This document shows positions 37,598 through 47,801 of a stretch of 64,000 nt of DNA, in pieces. Source of the DNA: a virus; the IMG/VR virus record IMGVR_UViG_3300011581_000001, positions 344 to 64,343 of that record; one strand, written 5' to 3'. The translations under genes and the position numbers were made by a program. Each line of letters starts with the position of its first letter. The first letter of the stretch is position 1. The notes beneath the pieces were generated by a model. The model ran no database searches. It had not been told where the DNA came from and was given only the letters and a program-made list of their open reading frames with translations.

Positions 37598-38132
37598 GAT
37601 TAACGCTAAATCAACGCAAAAGCCTCGAAGAATACTCGCAATCGACACGTCAGCATCGCCAGGCTTTGCGGTAATCGAGTATAGCGAATCTAAACCGCCT
37701 CGCTTAATCTATGCCGACGCACTCAAAACAACGACTGACCATACGGATGCCGAGCGCTTCACAGCCGTTCATGCCTTCGCTAGTCTCGTTTGCTTCCGTT
37801 ATGGTCCGTTCGATGTCGTCGTTCGCGAGCATTTCACGAAAGGCGGAAGCAAGAGGGCGACACAGCTTGTGTTCGGTGGATGGTCAGCGGTGGATGTGGC
37901 GCTGAAACAATTCGGATATACGATTGATCCTGCGAATGAGATAACGCCAAGTGCCGTCAAGAAGGCGGTAGGGATTAGTGGTAAGGCGGATAAGGCGGAG
38001 GTCGAGCAAGGCGTGAGGCAAGCGTTGGGATTAGCGGAAGATTACGTATTTCCGAATAACAGTGGCGGAGATTCAAGCGATGCTGCAGCGATTGGTATCG
38101 CATATTTAAAACGAGAGGGAGCGATTGATTAA
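37590..38132 (+). CDS. ruvC: RuvC-like Holliday junction resolvase
   Basis: ILAID....PGFA, VVRE, P..VKKAV...GKADK, D.SDA.AI. Confidence 0.85.
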   Translation: MSKINAKSTQKPRRILAIDTSASPGFAVIEYSESKPPRLIYADALKTTTDHTDAERFTAVHAFASLVCFRYGPFDVVVREHFTKGGSKRATQLVFGGWSAVDVALKQFGYTIDPANEITPSAVKKAVGISGKADKAEVEQGVRQALGLAEDYVFPNNSGGDSSDAAAIGIAYLKREGAID

Positions 38133-38332
38133 TGAGCGAAAAATTAAACGGTTTCTATACGAGAAAATTACGACGTGCGATTGCAAAAGCGGAAGGGCAG
38201 CCGTTCGAACCGGAATATAACGGTAAAGCGCCGATTACCTTCGCGGAATATTTAAACGGATTTAAGAATCCAAAATCGATCCCGGCGAGATTACGTAAGT
38301 CGCCGTTGAATAAGACGGAGGTGACGCAATGA
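38132..38332 (+). CDS. Hypothetical protein
   Basis: Coupled ORF in operon. Confidence 0.6.
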   Translation: MSEKLNGFYTRKLRRAIAKAEGQPFEPEYNGKAPITFAEYLNGFKNPKSIPARLRKSPLNKTEVTQ

Positions 38333-38625
38333 TTCCACGTAAAGAGCCTAGCTTAATTGCGACGATATTAGGCGGAATCATAATTGTTATCCTTGTCGTG
38401 ATTGCGGTTGCTGCAGTACCACTACTCGCTTTACTTGTCGGAATGTTTATCGGACAAATCATCGAATGGATGACGGGAGATTACTTAGTACGTGCGCTTA
38501 ATGCTATCGGATTATCCGGTGTGAAAGACGGAGATTTGCCGAAAATATTCGGACTACTATCGGTAGTAGCGATGTATTTCAGAAGTTCTCCGATAAATCG
38601 TGGAAAGAAAGACGATGACGAATGA
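38329..38625 (+). CDS. Membrane protein
   Basis: Hydrophobic helices; GGAGGTG RBS. Confidence 0.7.
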   Translation: MIPRKEPSLIATILGGIIIVILVVIAVAAVPLLALLVGMFIGQIIEWMTGDYLVRALNAIGLSGVKDGDLPKIFGLLSVVAMYFRSSPINRGKKDDDE

Positions 38626-38987
38626 AAGTCTATTACGCAAGTCTGACGGGCAACGTCCGAAGATTCCTCGCTAAATGCGAAGTAGACGCCATTCCGATTA
38701 ATGACGCAGTATTAACGCAAGAACCGTTCGTGCTCGTCACATATACATTTGGATTTGGCGCAGTGCCAAAAGAGGTTGTCGCTTGGCTGAACGCTAATCA
38801 CCGCAATTTGCGAGGCGTTGCAGCGAGTGGCAATCGGAATTGGGGAGAGCACTTCGGACAGGCGGGCGATACGATTGCAAAGACGTACAATGTTCCGCTA
38901 TTGCACACGTTTGAATTAGCGGGCACTAGCGAGGACGTACGAATATTTAAGGAAAGGTTGGCGAGTTTGTGCGATATTACGAATTAA
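38622..38987 (+). CDS. nrdI: Class Ib RNR flavodoxin NrdI
   Basis: S.TGNVRRF, TYT.GFG.VP, GVAASGNRNWG..F. Confidence 0.95.
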   Translation: MKVYYASLTGNVRRFLAKCEVDAIPINDAVLTQEPFVLVTYTFGFGAVPKEVVAWLNANHRNLRGVAASGNRNWGEHFGQAGDTIAKTYNVPLLHTFELAGTSEDVRIFKERLASLCDITN

Positions 38988-40670
38988 ATAACGAAATCAT
39001 GCAGCGAGATAAAGACGGATATTTGCAGTACGAGAAAGACCGAGAGGCGACGCGCGCGTATTTCTTAGATTACGTTAACGAAAACATGCGCTTCTTCTAC
39101 GACTTACGTGAAAAAATCGACTATCTAATTGAAAACGACTATTACGAACGAGAATTGTTCGATCAATATACATTCGAAGAATTACAGGAGGTCTACGACT
39201 ACGCAACTTCGTTCAAATTCCGATTCCCTTCGTTCATGGCTGCGTATAAATTCTACGAGGATTATGCGCTAAGAACGAACGATAAGAAACGAATCATTGA
39301 ACGCTACGAGGATCGTATTGCAGTAAATGCGTTATTCTTCGCAAAAGGTGACGTAGAAAAGGCGAAGGCTTACGTCGAAACGATTATTTACGATTATCAG
39401 CCGGCAACGCCTACGTTTATGAATGTCGGAAGAAAGCGCCGAGGCGAACTAGTATCGTGCTTCGAAACGGAAGTCGGCGACTCGTTAAACGATATCAATG
39501 TGGCGGAATCCACTGCGAAACAACTTTCAAAAGTTGGCGGAGGTGTATCGCTAAACTTATCGAATCTAAGAGCGAAAGGTGAGGCGATTAAAGATATCGC
39601 CAATGTCGGAAAAGGCGTTGTCGGCGTTATGAAAATGCTCGACCACGGATTCCGATATGCGAATCAGCTGGGTCAGCGTAATGGATCCGGAGCAGTTTAC
39701 TTAAACGTTTTCCATGCGGACATATTCGACTTCCTGGATACGAAAAAAATCTCGGCAGACGAGGACGTTCGAGTTAAGACGCTTAGTATTGGCGTAGTAA
39801 TTCCGAATAAGTTTATCGAATTGGCCCGCGAAAATAAGCCGATGTATCTGTTTTATCCGCATACGATTTATCAGGCGTACGGGCTACGATTCGCCGACAT
39901 TAACATTACGGAAATGTACGACGAGTTAGTCGCTAATCCGAAAGTCCGCAAGGACAAAATTAGCGCACGATTGCTGCAAGAGAAAATCGCCTCGCTTAAA
40001 TTCGAAAGCGGATATCCTTACGAAATGTACGAGGATAAAGTAAACGAAGCGCATCCACTAAGCGGAAAAGTTAAGTTCTCGAATTTATGTACGGAGATAC
40101 TGCAACAAACAACGCAATCGAAGTTCTATGATTACGAAGAACGTCACAAAGACGAAATTGGTCTCGGCGTATCTTGCAATCTCGGATCACTCGATATTAA
40201 GAATACGATGGAACGCAAAACAATTGATAAAGCCGTACCATTAGCCGTAGACGCATTAACCGCGGTATCCGACTTTACTTCTATTAAGAACGCACCGGAC
40301 ATTCGTCGAGCAAACGAAGAAATGCACTCTATCGGATTAGGAGCAATGAACCTTCACGGATACTTAACTAGCGTAGGTATCCCATACGAATCACCGCTTG
40401 CTATCGAATTTGCCGACGTTTACTTCGCAGCAGTCAACTACTATTCGATTAAGCGTTCGATGGAAATAGCGAAGGAGCGTGGCGAAACGTTCGCAGACTT
40501 CGAGCAATCAACGTATGCAGACGGTTCATATTTCGCCGATTACATCGCTAACGAATATCTGCCGAAAGACGCTTATATTGCGGAATTGTTCGAAGGCCAA
40601 ACGCTTCCGACTCCGAAAGATTGGGCGGAATTGATGGCCGACGTAATGAAATACGGATTGTATAACGCGT
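38969..40670 (+). CDS. nrdE: Class Ib ribonucleotide reductase alpha subunit, exon 1
   Basis: QPATPTF.N.G, GELVSCF, SNLCTEI, SCNLGS; coding breaks at GLYNA. Confidence 0.95.
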
Positions 40671-41538
40671 TAATTTAGCGCCTTCTCACTGTGAAGTGGG
40701 TAGAAAACGGGTTTAATTGCTGGGAATCCCTAAAGACATACTCGCTACAACGTGACTGGAAACGGTGAGCGTGAACGCAGTCGAAAGACAGAAAAAAGAG
40801 TATGTATGGCGTATGTTTAAAAGCTAACCGCCTTATGTAATGGGAGATCAGCAGGGAAACGTCTTAATGGCGGACCTTCAACGACTACCATACCCGCATC
40901 TTATATTAGGAGGTTAATAGATTTGTTTGAAAAGAAGGATTATTTCACTCACTATAGTGGTAGGAAATTTAAAACATTCGAATATAGGGATTGCGTCATT
41001 TGCGGATACGAAATGTATGTGCCGGCAGCCGTAAAGAATATTACTACATGTTCTGAGTACTGCAGCTCATCCAAATTACGGAAAATTAAGCTGAAAGGGT
41101 ACTATAGTCTTTGCGAAGTCTGCGACAAAGCAATATGGAATCAACCAAGGAAACATCATAAGTATTGCTCAAAAACATGCGCCAATGCTGCTACATCTAT
41201 ATTCGCATGGGAACGAGATATAAAGAGGGGATACAAAAAATACTATGGGCCAAATTGGTATTCTCAACGCAGGAGAGCGCGAGAAAGAGATTTGTATCAA
41301 TGCCAAAAATGCGGAATTAGTGAAGAGCTATATGGAAAGCAAATGTCCGTGCATCATATAATCCCATTCGCCCTTTATTCCAGCTATAGTGAAGCAAATC
41401 AATTAACAAACCTGCTTAGTGTATGTGAGCCTTGCCACAGAAAAATCCATAGTGGCGATTTCCACCACACTAAATATTTATAAGATGGTTGTATAGTCTA
41501 CTCCCCTAATAAATATCGGGAAACCGAGGGTATAAAGG
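40671..41538 (+). mobile_element. Group I intron in nrdE (868 nt)
   Basis: Excision restores GLYNA-Y-RLAIAP; 5' exon ends in U pairing with G in P1 (GCGU/GCGC); terminal G at 41538; core elements AATTGCTGGGAA, TCAGCAG, CAACGACTA, ATAGTCT. Confidence 0.92.
40923..41483 (+). CDS. Intron-encoded zinc-finger HNH homing endonuclease
   Basis: Repeated CxxC, RD.Y.CQ.CG, VHHI.P, N...NL..VC..CH..IH; lies inside the CATCTTATA/TATAAGATG (P8) stem. Confidence 0.9.
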   Translation: MFEKKDYFTHYSGRKFKTFEYRDCVICGYEMYVPAAVKNITTCSEYCSSSKLRKIKLKGYYSLCEVCDKAIWNQPRKHHKYCSKTCANAATSIFAWERDIKRGYKKYYGPNWYSQRRRARERDLYQCQKCGISEELYGKQMSVHHIIPFALYSSYSEANQLTNLLSVCEPCHRKIHSGDFHHTKYL

Positions 41539-41921
41539 ATAGATTAGCAATCGCACCAAACGGAAGTACGAGCTATCTCCGTTCAGCTACATCCGGAGTC
41601 ATGCCGATTATGGAACGCATTGAGGAACGTACTTATGAAGGAAGCAAAACGTATTATCCAATGCCTGGCTTATCGTCGAAAACGTGGTTCCTTTATAAAG
41701 AGGCGTACGACATGGACATGTTGAAAGTCGTCGACTTAATCGCTACGATTCAGAAGCACGTCGATCAAGGCATTAGCTTTACGCTATTCCTAAAAGACAC
41801 GATGACAACGCGAGACGTTACAAAAATTAGCTTATACGCTCACCATAAAGGCATTAAGACGCTTTATTACGCAAGGACGCAAGACACGGGCATTGAATCG
41901 TGTATCGCTTGCCAGGTCTAA
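41539..41921 (+). CDS. nrdE: Ribonucleotide reductase alpha subunit, exon 2
   Basis: RLAIAPNGS...[12 protein letters not shown]...KTLYY...CIAC. Confidence 0.95.
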
Positions 41922-41938
41922 CGAAAGGAGACGCAATT

Positions 41939-42910
41939 ATGACGCATATTTACACCGCAGCGAATTACTCCGTCGAAGAGGACGGATTTACACAATCGTT
42001 TATCAAGCAGAATCAAAGCCAGTTTTGGCTACCGGAGGAAATCTCGCTCACGCCCGACTTACTAACGTGGAAGGCGCTATCGAAAACGGAGCAAGTGACG
42101 TATATGCGAGTGCTTGCCGGACTGACGCTACTTGATACGGAGCAAGGCAATACGGGCATGACTCGCATCGCACAGTATGTAAAAGGACACCAACGCAAAG
42201 CGCTCCTAACGTTCATGGCAGCGATGGAGAACGCAGTCCATGCGAAGTCCTACTCGAATATCTTCTTAACGCTCGCATCTTCGGAAGAGATAACGGAAGT
42301 GTTCGAATGGGTAAAAGTGAATCCGTTCTTACAATTTAAAGCGGACGTGATCGTTCGAAACTACGAGTCCATAAAGAAAGGCGACGACATTTCGCTATAC
42401 AAAGCGCTTGTATCGTCGGTATTCCTGGAATCGTTCCTATTCTACTCCGGATTCTATTATCCGCTTTACTTCTACGGTCAAGGGCGCTTAATGCAATGCG
42501 GGGAAATAATAAATCTTATTATCCGCGACGAATCGATTCACGGCGTATATGTCGGACTCCTAGCGCAAGAAATCTATAACCGCCAAACTCCCGACATTCA
42601 AGCGGAACTGCACGAATGGTCGCTCGAATTGCTTGAAACGCTATATCAAAACGAGCTGCAATATACAGCGGACATTTACGATTCAGTCGGACTGACACAC
42701 GACGTAAATAATTTCGTAAAGTATAACGCAAATAAGGCGCTGTCTAACCTCGGCTTCGACGCTTACTTCGAGCATGAGGCGGTCAATCCGATTGTGCTTA
42801 ACGGACTTTCGACGAAAACGAAATCGCACGACTTCTTCTCGATGAAAGGGAACGGCTATAAGAAAGCTACGGTTGAGCCGATTAAGGACGAGGATTTCTA
42901 CTTTGAATAA
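41939..42910 (+). CDS. nrdF: Class Ib RNR beta subunit
   Basis: [41 protein letters not shown]. Confidence 0.96.
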   Translation: MTHIYTAANYSVEEDGFTQSFIKQNQSQFWLPEEISLTPDLLTWKALSKTEQVTYMRVLAGLTLLDTEQGNTGMTRIAQYVKGHQRKALLTFMAAMENAVHAKSYSNIFLTLASSEEITEVFEWVKVNPFLQFKADVIVRNYESIKKGDDISLYKALVSSVFLESFLFYSGFYYPLYFYGQGRLMQCGEIINLIIRDESIHGVYVGLLAQEIYNRQTPDIQAELHEWSLELLETLYQNELQYTADIYDSVGLTHDVNNFVKYNANKALSNLGFDAYFEHEAVNPIVLNGLSTKTKSHDFFSMKGNGYKKATVEPIKDEDFYFE

Positions 42911-42927
42911 ACTGGAGGTTACGGAGA

Positions 42928-43083
42928 ATGTATGTAATAAGCGTTTATGAATGTGATATATGCGGAAATAAATTCGCAGTCGAAACGGACGTAAACGACT
43001 CATGCGGCGCTGTATGTTGCCCGATGGATGGTAGCGACGACATAAGTTGGAAATACGATAAGGAGGTCGGTGAAGCACTATGA
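42928..43083 (+). CDS. 51-aa zinc-ribbon protein (not in ORF track)
   Basis: GGAGG RBS; YECDICG...CCP. Confidence 0.6.
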   Translation: MYVISVYECDICGNKFAVETDVNDSCGAVCCPMDGSDDISWKYDKEVGEAL

Positions 43084-43196
43084 CAGACATCGAAGCACCG
43101 TGGATTACGGAAATGAATCGTACTGGAACGTGTAGAGAGTACGAGACTTATTACGGGATTAGTGACGAAGATGATCGCGAGGAGGACGAAGAATAA
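43080..43196 (+). CDS. 38-aa acidic peptide (not in ORF track)
   Basis: ATGA and TAATG overlaps with neighbours; MTDIEAPWITEM.RTG. Confidence 0.55.
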   Translation: MTDIEAPWITEMNRTGTCREYETYYGISDEDDREEDEE

Positions 43197-43762
43197 TGAG
43201 AACGGACATTATGGTCGATATTGAAACGCTAGGTACGAAAAGTGGCGCTACAATCTTTCAGATTGCGGCGGCTAGCTTCGATATAACATCGGGCGAAGTA
43301 AAAGACACGATTAATCTGACGGGCGACATTGCGCAATATACCGACTTAACGGTCGACGGTTCAACGCTAAAGTGGTGGTTAGATACGGACAAAGACTTGC
43401 TGCACACGTTACTTAGCGGAGGAACACTAACGGAGCAAGAATTATTAACCGGACTACTATCGTGGATGTATAAGCAATCTCCCGACAACAAGAACGTCTA
43501 CTTATGGGGCAACGGAATCTTATTCGATAACGTAAAGATTAGCGACTTATGTACGAAGCATGGCGTAGCCTATCCGATATTCTTCCGTAATGATCGCGAC
43601 CTAAGAACGTTGCTCGAATTAGCATCGTTTAAATCGGGTAAGACGGAAAAGGAACTGCGTGCCGAAGTCACATCGGAAACTGAACGCAAACATGACGCAT
43701 TTGACGACGTAATGTTCCAGGTTCGATTAGCGTGCAAGTGTTACGAAATTCTAACGAAGTAG
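43196..43762 (+). CDS. DEDDh 3'-5' exonuclease
   Basis: MVDIETLG, WGNG..FD, RDLRT, H.A.DD. Confidence 0.88.
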   Translation: MRTDIMVDIETLGTKSGATIFQIAAASFDITSGEVKDTINLTGDIAQYTDLTVDGSTLKWWLDTDKDLLHTLLSGGTLTEQELLTGLLSWMYKQSPDNKNVYLWGNGILFDNVKISDLCTKHGVAYPIFFRNDRDLRTLLELASFKSGKTEKELRAEVTSETERKHDAFDDVMFQVRLACKCYEILTK

Positions 43763-43773
43763 GAGGCGGAGAT

Positions 43774-44436
43774 ATGCCATTACCAACGGACAATATGCTT
43801 TTCGGATTTGCCGATAAACTGACGGACGAGCAGCAAGAGTACGTCGATTCAATCTTCGATAAACAGTTAACATTCGTAAATGCTCGCAGCGGGACGGGGA
43901 AAACGACCCTAGCCGTTGCTTGCGCTAAATTGCTCGGCAAGCCATTAGTGTACGTATTCTCGCCGGTCGAGGAGGATAAGCTCGGCTTTACGCCTGGCGA
44001 CGTTGAGGCGAAGGAATCGAAGTACATTCAACCGTTATTAGATGCGCTAAAAGAGATTCGCGAGGACCCACGCTTTGCATTATATCGCGAAGATAATCCG
44101 GACTTTATGAAAAAGGAAGCGTGGATAACGGCGAAGTCGCACGTATTCGCTCGCGGAACTAACATAAAAGGATCGACGGTAATAATCGATGAAGCGCAGA
44201 ACTTCACCGTTTCAGACTTGCGCAAATTATTAACGCGAATCCACGATGATTGCACCGTAATCGTAATCGGACATACCGGACAAATCGACTTGAAGAATCC
44301 GAAAGCTAGCGGATTTGCACCCTACATCGAGCATTTCCGAGGAAAACCATACGCTAACATTTGCGCGCTTAATTGGAATTTCAGAGGAAGGCTTGCGAAT
44401 GACGCAGATTCAATCGGAGAGGGGTTCGGCATATGA
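43774..44436 (+). CDS. phoH: PhoH-family ATPase
   Basis: SGTGKT, LGFTPG, RGTN, IIDEAQN, G..GQID. Confidence 0.92.
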   Translation: MPLPTDNMLFGFADKLTDEQQEYVDSIFDKQLTFVNARSGTGKTTLAVACAKLLGKPLVYVFSPVEEDKLGFTPGDVEAKESKYIQPLLDALKEIREDPRFALYREDNPDFMKKEAWITAKSHVFARGTNIKGSTVIIDEAQNFTVSDLRKLLTRIHDDCTVIVIGHTGQIDLKNPKASGFAPYIEHFRGKPYANICALNWNFRGRLANDADSIGEGFGI

Positions 44437-44654
44437 AACGCTACGTATTCGGATTAAACGTAAACGACACGTCAGAACTTCCACAAGCAAGCGCCGACAT
44501 TCAAGCGTTCATTGATACGCTAGGCGTTGCGAGCGAGATGGAAATTCAAGTATCGATTAATCCGCTATTGACGCAGCCAGTGAATACGCACGCTATCGGA
44601 TTTACTTATGAGCCGGTAGAGGACGATGGTTACGAAGAGGAGGACGAGGAATGA
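44433..44654 (+). CDS. Hypothetical protein
   Basis: Coupled ORF, acidic C-terminus. Confidence 0.6.
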   Translation: MKRYVFGLNVNDTSELPQASADIQAFIDTLGVASEMEIQVSINPLLTQPVNTHAIGFTYEPVEDDGYEEEDEE

Positions 44655-44887
44655 CGAAAAAGGTTGTTATTGACGGAGTGGAATACGTACCGAAAGAGGA
44701 AGTGTCTCCGCCTAAAATTATCGGATTTAGCGTCGACTACGATGATATGTGCGGAGGTTTTTCGAAAAGGTACTATAAGTATCCGATTGGAGCCACGTTT
44801 GAAATCGTGGGAATTAACGGAGAACAGTCCTCGGTATATTTAACGGGAAGAGTAGTGGAGGAACTATTGGAGGCGATTCATAAATGA
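44651..44887 (+). CDS. Hypothetical protein
   Basis: VIDGVEYVP phage motif; coupled. Confidence 0.6.
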   Translation: MTKKVVIDGVEYVPKEEVSPPKIIGFSVDYDDMCGGFSKRYYKYPIGATFEIVGINGEQSSVYLTGRVVEELLEAIHK

Positions 44888-45441
44888 GCGGACAACAAGC
44901 GCAGAAAATCGAGAAAGAGGCGAACAACTTGCCGTTAGAAATCGGATTCAAACGGTTAAGCGAAAATGCAGTATTGCCTACGAAGGCGAATCCGTCTGAT
45001 AGCGGATTGGATTTGTACGCAGCAGAGGACGTAATCATAGCGCCAGGCGAGACGACAGTCGTAAAAACGAATCTAGCCGTACAGTTACCACCAGGCTACG
45101 AGGCGCAAGTACGACCTCGATCGGGGATTACGTCTAAGACGAAATTACGTGTACAACTCGGCACTATCGATGAATCGTACCGTGGCGATATCGGAATTAT
45201 CGTGGATAATATTTACGCATTTTACGAAATAGGAGACGACTTCTATACGGCGATGGACGTGAGTAACGAAGCGATTATAGATGGGACGATTCATAAACTC
45301 GGAACTTATCGTATTAAAAAGGGCGACAAAATCGCGCAATTAGTCGTACAGCCAATTCCGCAGACAGTGGCGGTTGAGATTGCGGAGTTAGACGAGAGCG
45401 AGCGTGGTGAAAATGGATTCGGCAGTAGCGGAACTAATTAA
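44884..45441 (+). CDS. dut: Trimeric dUTPase
   Basis: SGLDL, RPRSG, GTID.SYRG, DKIAQL, RG.NGFGSSG. Confidence 0.95.
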   Translation: MSGQQAQKIEKEANNLPLEIGFKRLSENAVLPTKANPSDSGLDLYAAEDVIIAPGETTVVKTNLAVQLPPGYEAQVRPRSGITSKTKLRVQLGTIDESYRGDIGIIVDNIYAFYEIGDDFYTAMDVSNEAIIDGTIHKLGTYRIKKGDKIAQLVVQPIPQTVAVEIAELDESERGENGFGSSGTN

Positions 45442-45727
45442 ACGCCGACGTAATCAACTCGTAATACATTCGCTTATCTACTACGAATTTAACGATAATA
45501 TCATCGGAGATTCAACATACGATCAATGGTCGAAAGAACTCGCAGAATTACAACGCAACTATCCGTTAGAGGCGTCGCAAGCGCCTTTAGCCGATATGTT
45601 CGCAGACTTTGACGGAAGTACAGGCTATCAATTAGTCGGACGCGCAACGGAGCGCCAACGAGCAAGAGCGGATTCGCTTTTGCGGTATCACTTAACAACG
45701 AGGAGGACAATGAATGACGCAAGTTGA
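45404..45727 (+). CDS. Stand-alone NAD-dependent ligase N-terminal (Ia)-like domain protein
   Basis: H...YY..ND.II.D..YD....EL..L...YP pattern without a KxDG adenylation domain; start may be a few codons later. Confidence 0.65.
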   Translation: MVKMDSAVAELIKRRRNQLVIHSLIYYEFNDNIIGDSTYDQWSKELAELQRNYPLEASQAPLADMFADFDGSTGYQLVGRATERQRARADSLLRYHLTTRRTMNDAS

Positions 45728-46439
45728 ACGCAAAATTAATGTATTAGACGATAAAGGCTACGTAATGATCCACGATGTAATGGGTTCGGATTTAACCGTA
45801 GCAAATGCGGCTCGCGTATCTTACGCAAAAAAGTCGCAAGAGTTAACGGAAGGTGATAAGCGGCTAATCTCGTTCTTAGCACGCGAAGGTCATACGAGTC
45901 CTTTCCGCCACGTAATGGCGCAGTTTGAGGTAAACGCTCCGTTAATGGTAGCGAGGCAGTGGTTTAAGTACGTAGTCGGATCGTCAATGCTCGAAGCAAC
46001 TGGCGATAATATGGACGCATGGAACGAGTCAAGCCGTCGATATGTGACGGAGGAACCGAGTTTCTACGTACCACAGCCGGATGAATGGCGAAGCGCTCCC
46101 GAAAACTCGAAGCAAGGCAGCGGTGAAATAATCGATGCAGAACTGGGTTCGGTATATACGACCCGCCTCATGCGGTACATTGACGATGGAGAAAAGCAGT
46201 ATGAGATGGCGTTGACAGACGGAATCTGCGCCGAGCAAGCGCGATTATTCCTGCCAGCCTACGGAATGTATGTAAAGTACTACTGGACTGCATCGCTACA
46301 ATCCGTTTGCCACTTCTTAAATCAACGCCTAGCACACGATAGCCAAGTCGAGATACAAGCGTACGCAAAGGCGGTATTAGAACTGATTAAACCGCTATTC
46401 CCGATTAGCGTTGAAAAGCTAGTAAGCGAGGCGAAATAG
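45714..46439 (+). CDS. thyX: Flavin-dependent thymidylate synthase
   Basis: AARVSY, H.SPF.H, VARQW, NE.SRRY, EQAR..LP, QVEI. Confidence 0.93.
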   Translation: MTQVERKINVLDDKGYVMIHDVMGSDLTVANAARVSYAKKSQELTEGDKRLISFLAREGHTSPFRHVMAQFEVNAPLMVARQWFKYVVGSSMLEATGDNMDAWNESSRRYVTEEPSFYVPQPDEWRSAPENSKQGSGEIIDAELGSVYTTRLMRYIDDGEKQYEMALTDGICAEQARLFLPAYGMYVKYYWTASLQSVCHFLNQRLAHDSQVEIQAYAKAVLELIKPLFPISVEKLVSEAK

Positions 46440-46440
46440 C

Positions 46441-46611
46441 ATGGCGTCACATACCGTAAAGAAAGGCGATACATTGCACGGAATTTCAGCGAAGTATTAC
46501 GGCAGAGGCGCCCTTTGGCGACTGCTTAAAATCTATAACCGTATCTCTGACGCAGATAAAATCGAAGTAGGGGACGTAGTAAAGATTCCATTCGTGAGGG
46601 CCACGGCTTGA
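46441..46611 (+). CDS. 56-aa stand-alone LysM protein (not in ORF track)
   Basis: HTVKKGDTL.GISAKYYG....W......N.I.D.DKI.VG....IP. Confidence 0.8.
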   Translation: MASHTVKKGDTLHGISAKYYGRGALWRLLKIYNRISDADKIEVGDVVKIPFVRATA

Positions 46612-47180
46612 CCGCTATAAAAGCGTCAGCTATGGCGCTAATCATCGCAACTTTACCATTATATTCAACGTTCAATCCAGCGGACCATGAATTGGTCAGC
46701 GAAAGTCCCACCGGACTTATAGACGCAAATATAACGCAAGAAAAAACGTCAGTCGAAGTCGAAGCCGGAGAGCCTGCGACTATTGCCCCGGCTGAATCGG
46801 AAAAGGCGGAGGAGCCAGTCGCGCCGCCTAAATCCGAAGTTACTGACGAAGCGCCAACGCAATCTATCGACGTCATTGCCTCTCATTACGTAGCAGATTG
46901 CGAAGGATGTCTCGGTATTACGAAAAACGGCACAGACGTTAGACAGACAATTTATAGCGGAGGCAAACGCATTATCGCCGTTGATCCCAATGTAATTGCG
47001 CTCAATTCTACGGTCCAGGTGACGTATGAGGACGGCACGACGTTTAAGGCGATTGCTGCCGATACTGGATCGGCGATTAAGAATCGAAGAATTGACGTCC
47101 TCGTCGCGTCTGAATCGGAGGCTTTCCGGTTAGGGCGACAGCGGGCGACGGTTGAAATCATAAAACGAGGAGGAGTTTAA
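46608..47180 (+). CDS. Secreted 3D-domain cell-wall protein
   Basis: Signal-like N-terminus, IIAVDP.VI.L.S, AIAADTG.AIK..RIDV. Confidence 0.88.
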   Translation: MTAIKASAMALIIATLPLYSTFNPADHELVSESPTGLIDANITQEKTSVEVEAGEPATIAPAESEKAEEPVAPPKSEVTDEAPTQSIDVIASHYVADCEGCLGITKNGTDVRQTIYSGGKRIIAVDPNVIALNSTVQVTYEDGTTFKAIAADTGSAIKNRRIDVLVASESEAFRLGRQRATVEIIKRGGV

Positions 47181-47182
47181 CG

Positions 47183-47746
47183 ATGGCAAAAGCGGAAAAG
47201 GGCGATTTAATTCGGATTGTTGAAATTAGCGATGTTAATGAACGAATAGGCTGCGTACAAAATTATGAAGTTGGCGGAATTTACGAAGTTGTAGAAACGT
47301 ATGAAGTCGGCGAAAAGGACGATGAAGAGGCGTTGGCTCTTATTGCAGAAGGCGATTATTTGTACGATAGCGAATACGAAATCTTCCGCAAAGCCGGCGA
47401 AGAGGATTCTCCGAATATATTAGACGTTGTTTATGCGGAATGTAAAGCGGAAGCAGACGCACAGCTAGATGGCATGACGCAAGAAAACCGTATTCGCTCG
47501 GCATGTTCCGAATTAGCCGAATTGCTAGTGCGCAAGAATCACGATTATGGCGACTCATTCGCGCAGCAGTACGGTAAGTACGGACTTATGAGCGCGCTAA
47601 TCCGCATGGATGATAAGATGCGACGATTAGAGACGTTACAGCAAGCGGAAAGCAAGGCGCAAGTGGACGAGTCTGTTAGCGATACATTGCTCGATTTAGC
47701 GGGATATGCGCTATTGTCTTACGTTGAACAATCGAAAACTAAATAG
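47183..47746 (+). CDS. DUF1599 / nucleotide-modification-associated domain protein
   Basis: KNHDYGDSF...R..DK..RL...ES..DTL.DLAGYA. Confidence 0.8.
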   Translation: MAKAEKGDLIRIVEISDVNERIGCVQNYEVGGIYEVVETYEVGEKDDEEALALIAEGDYLYDSEYEIFRKAGEEDSPNILDVVYAECKAEADAQLDGMTQENRIRSACSELAELLVRKNHDYGDSFAQQYGKYGLMSALIRMDDKMRRLETLQQAESKAQVDESVSDTLLDLAGYALLSYVEQSKTK

Positions 47747-47755
47747 CAAGCGAAA

Positions 47756-47795
47756 GCCTACCAGCGGAGTTGAACCGTTCGGTAGGCAAGTTTTC
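47756..47795. terminator. Terminator between convergent genes
   Basis: GCCTACC..CGG-loop-CCG..CGGTAGGC hairpin. Confidence 0.6.
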
Positions 47796-47801
47796 TCGTT
47801 A

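Noticed and set aside
38969-41921. nrdE as a pseudogene or naturally split gene
   Set aside because: Fully explained by a group I intron with intact splice signals
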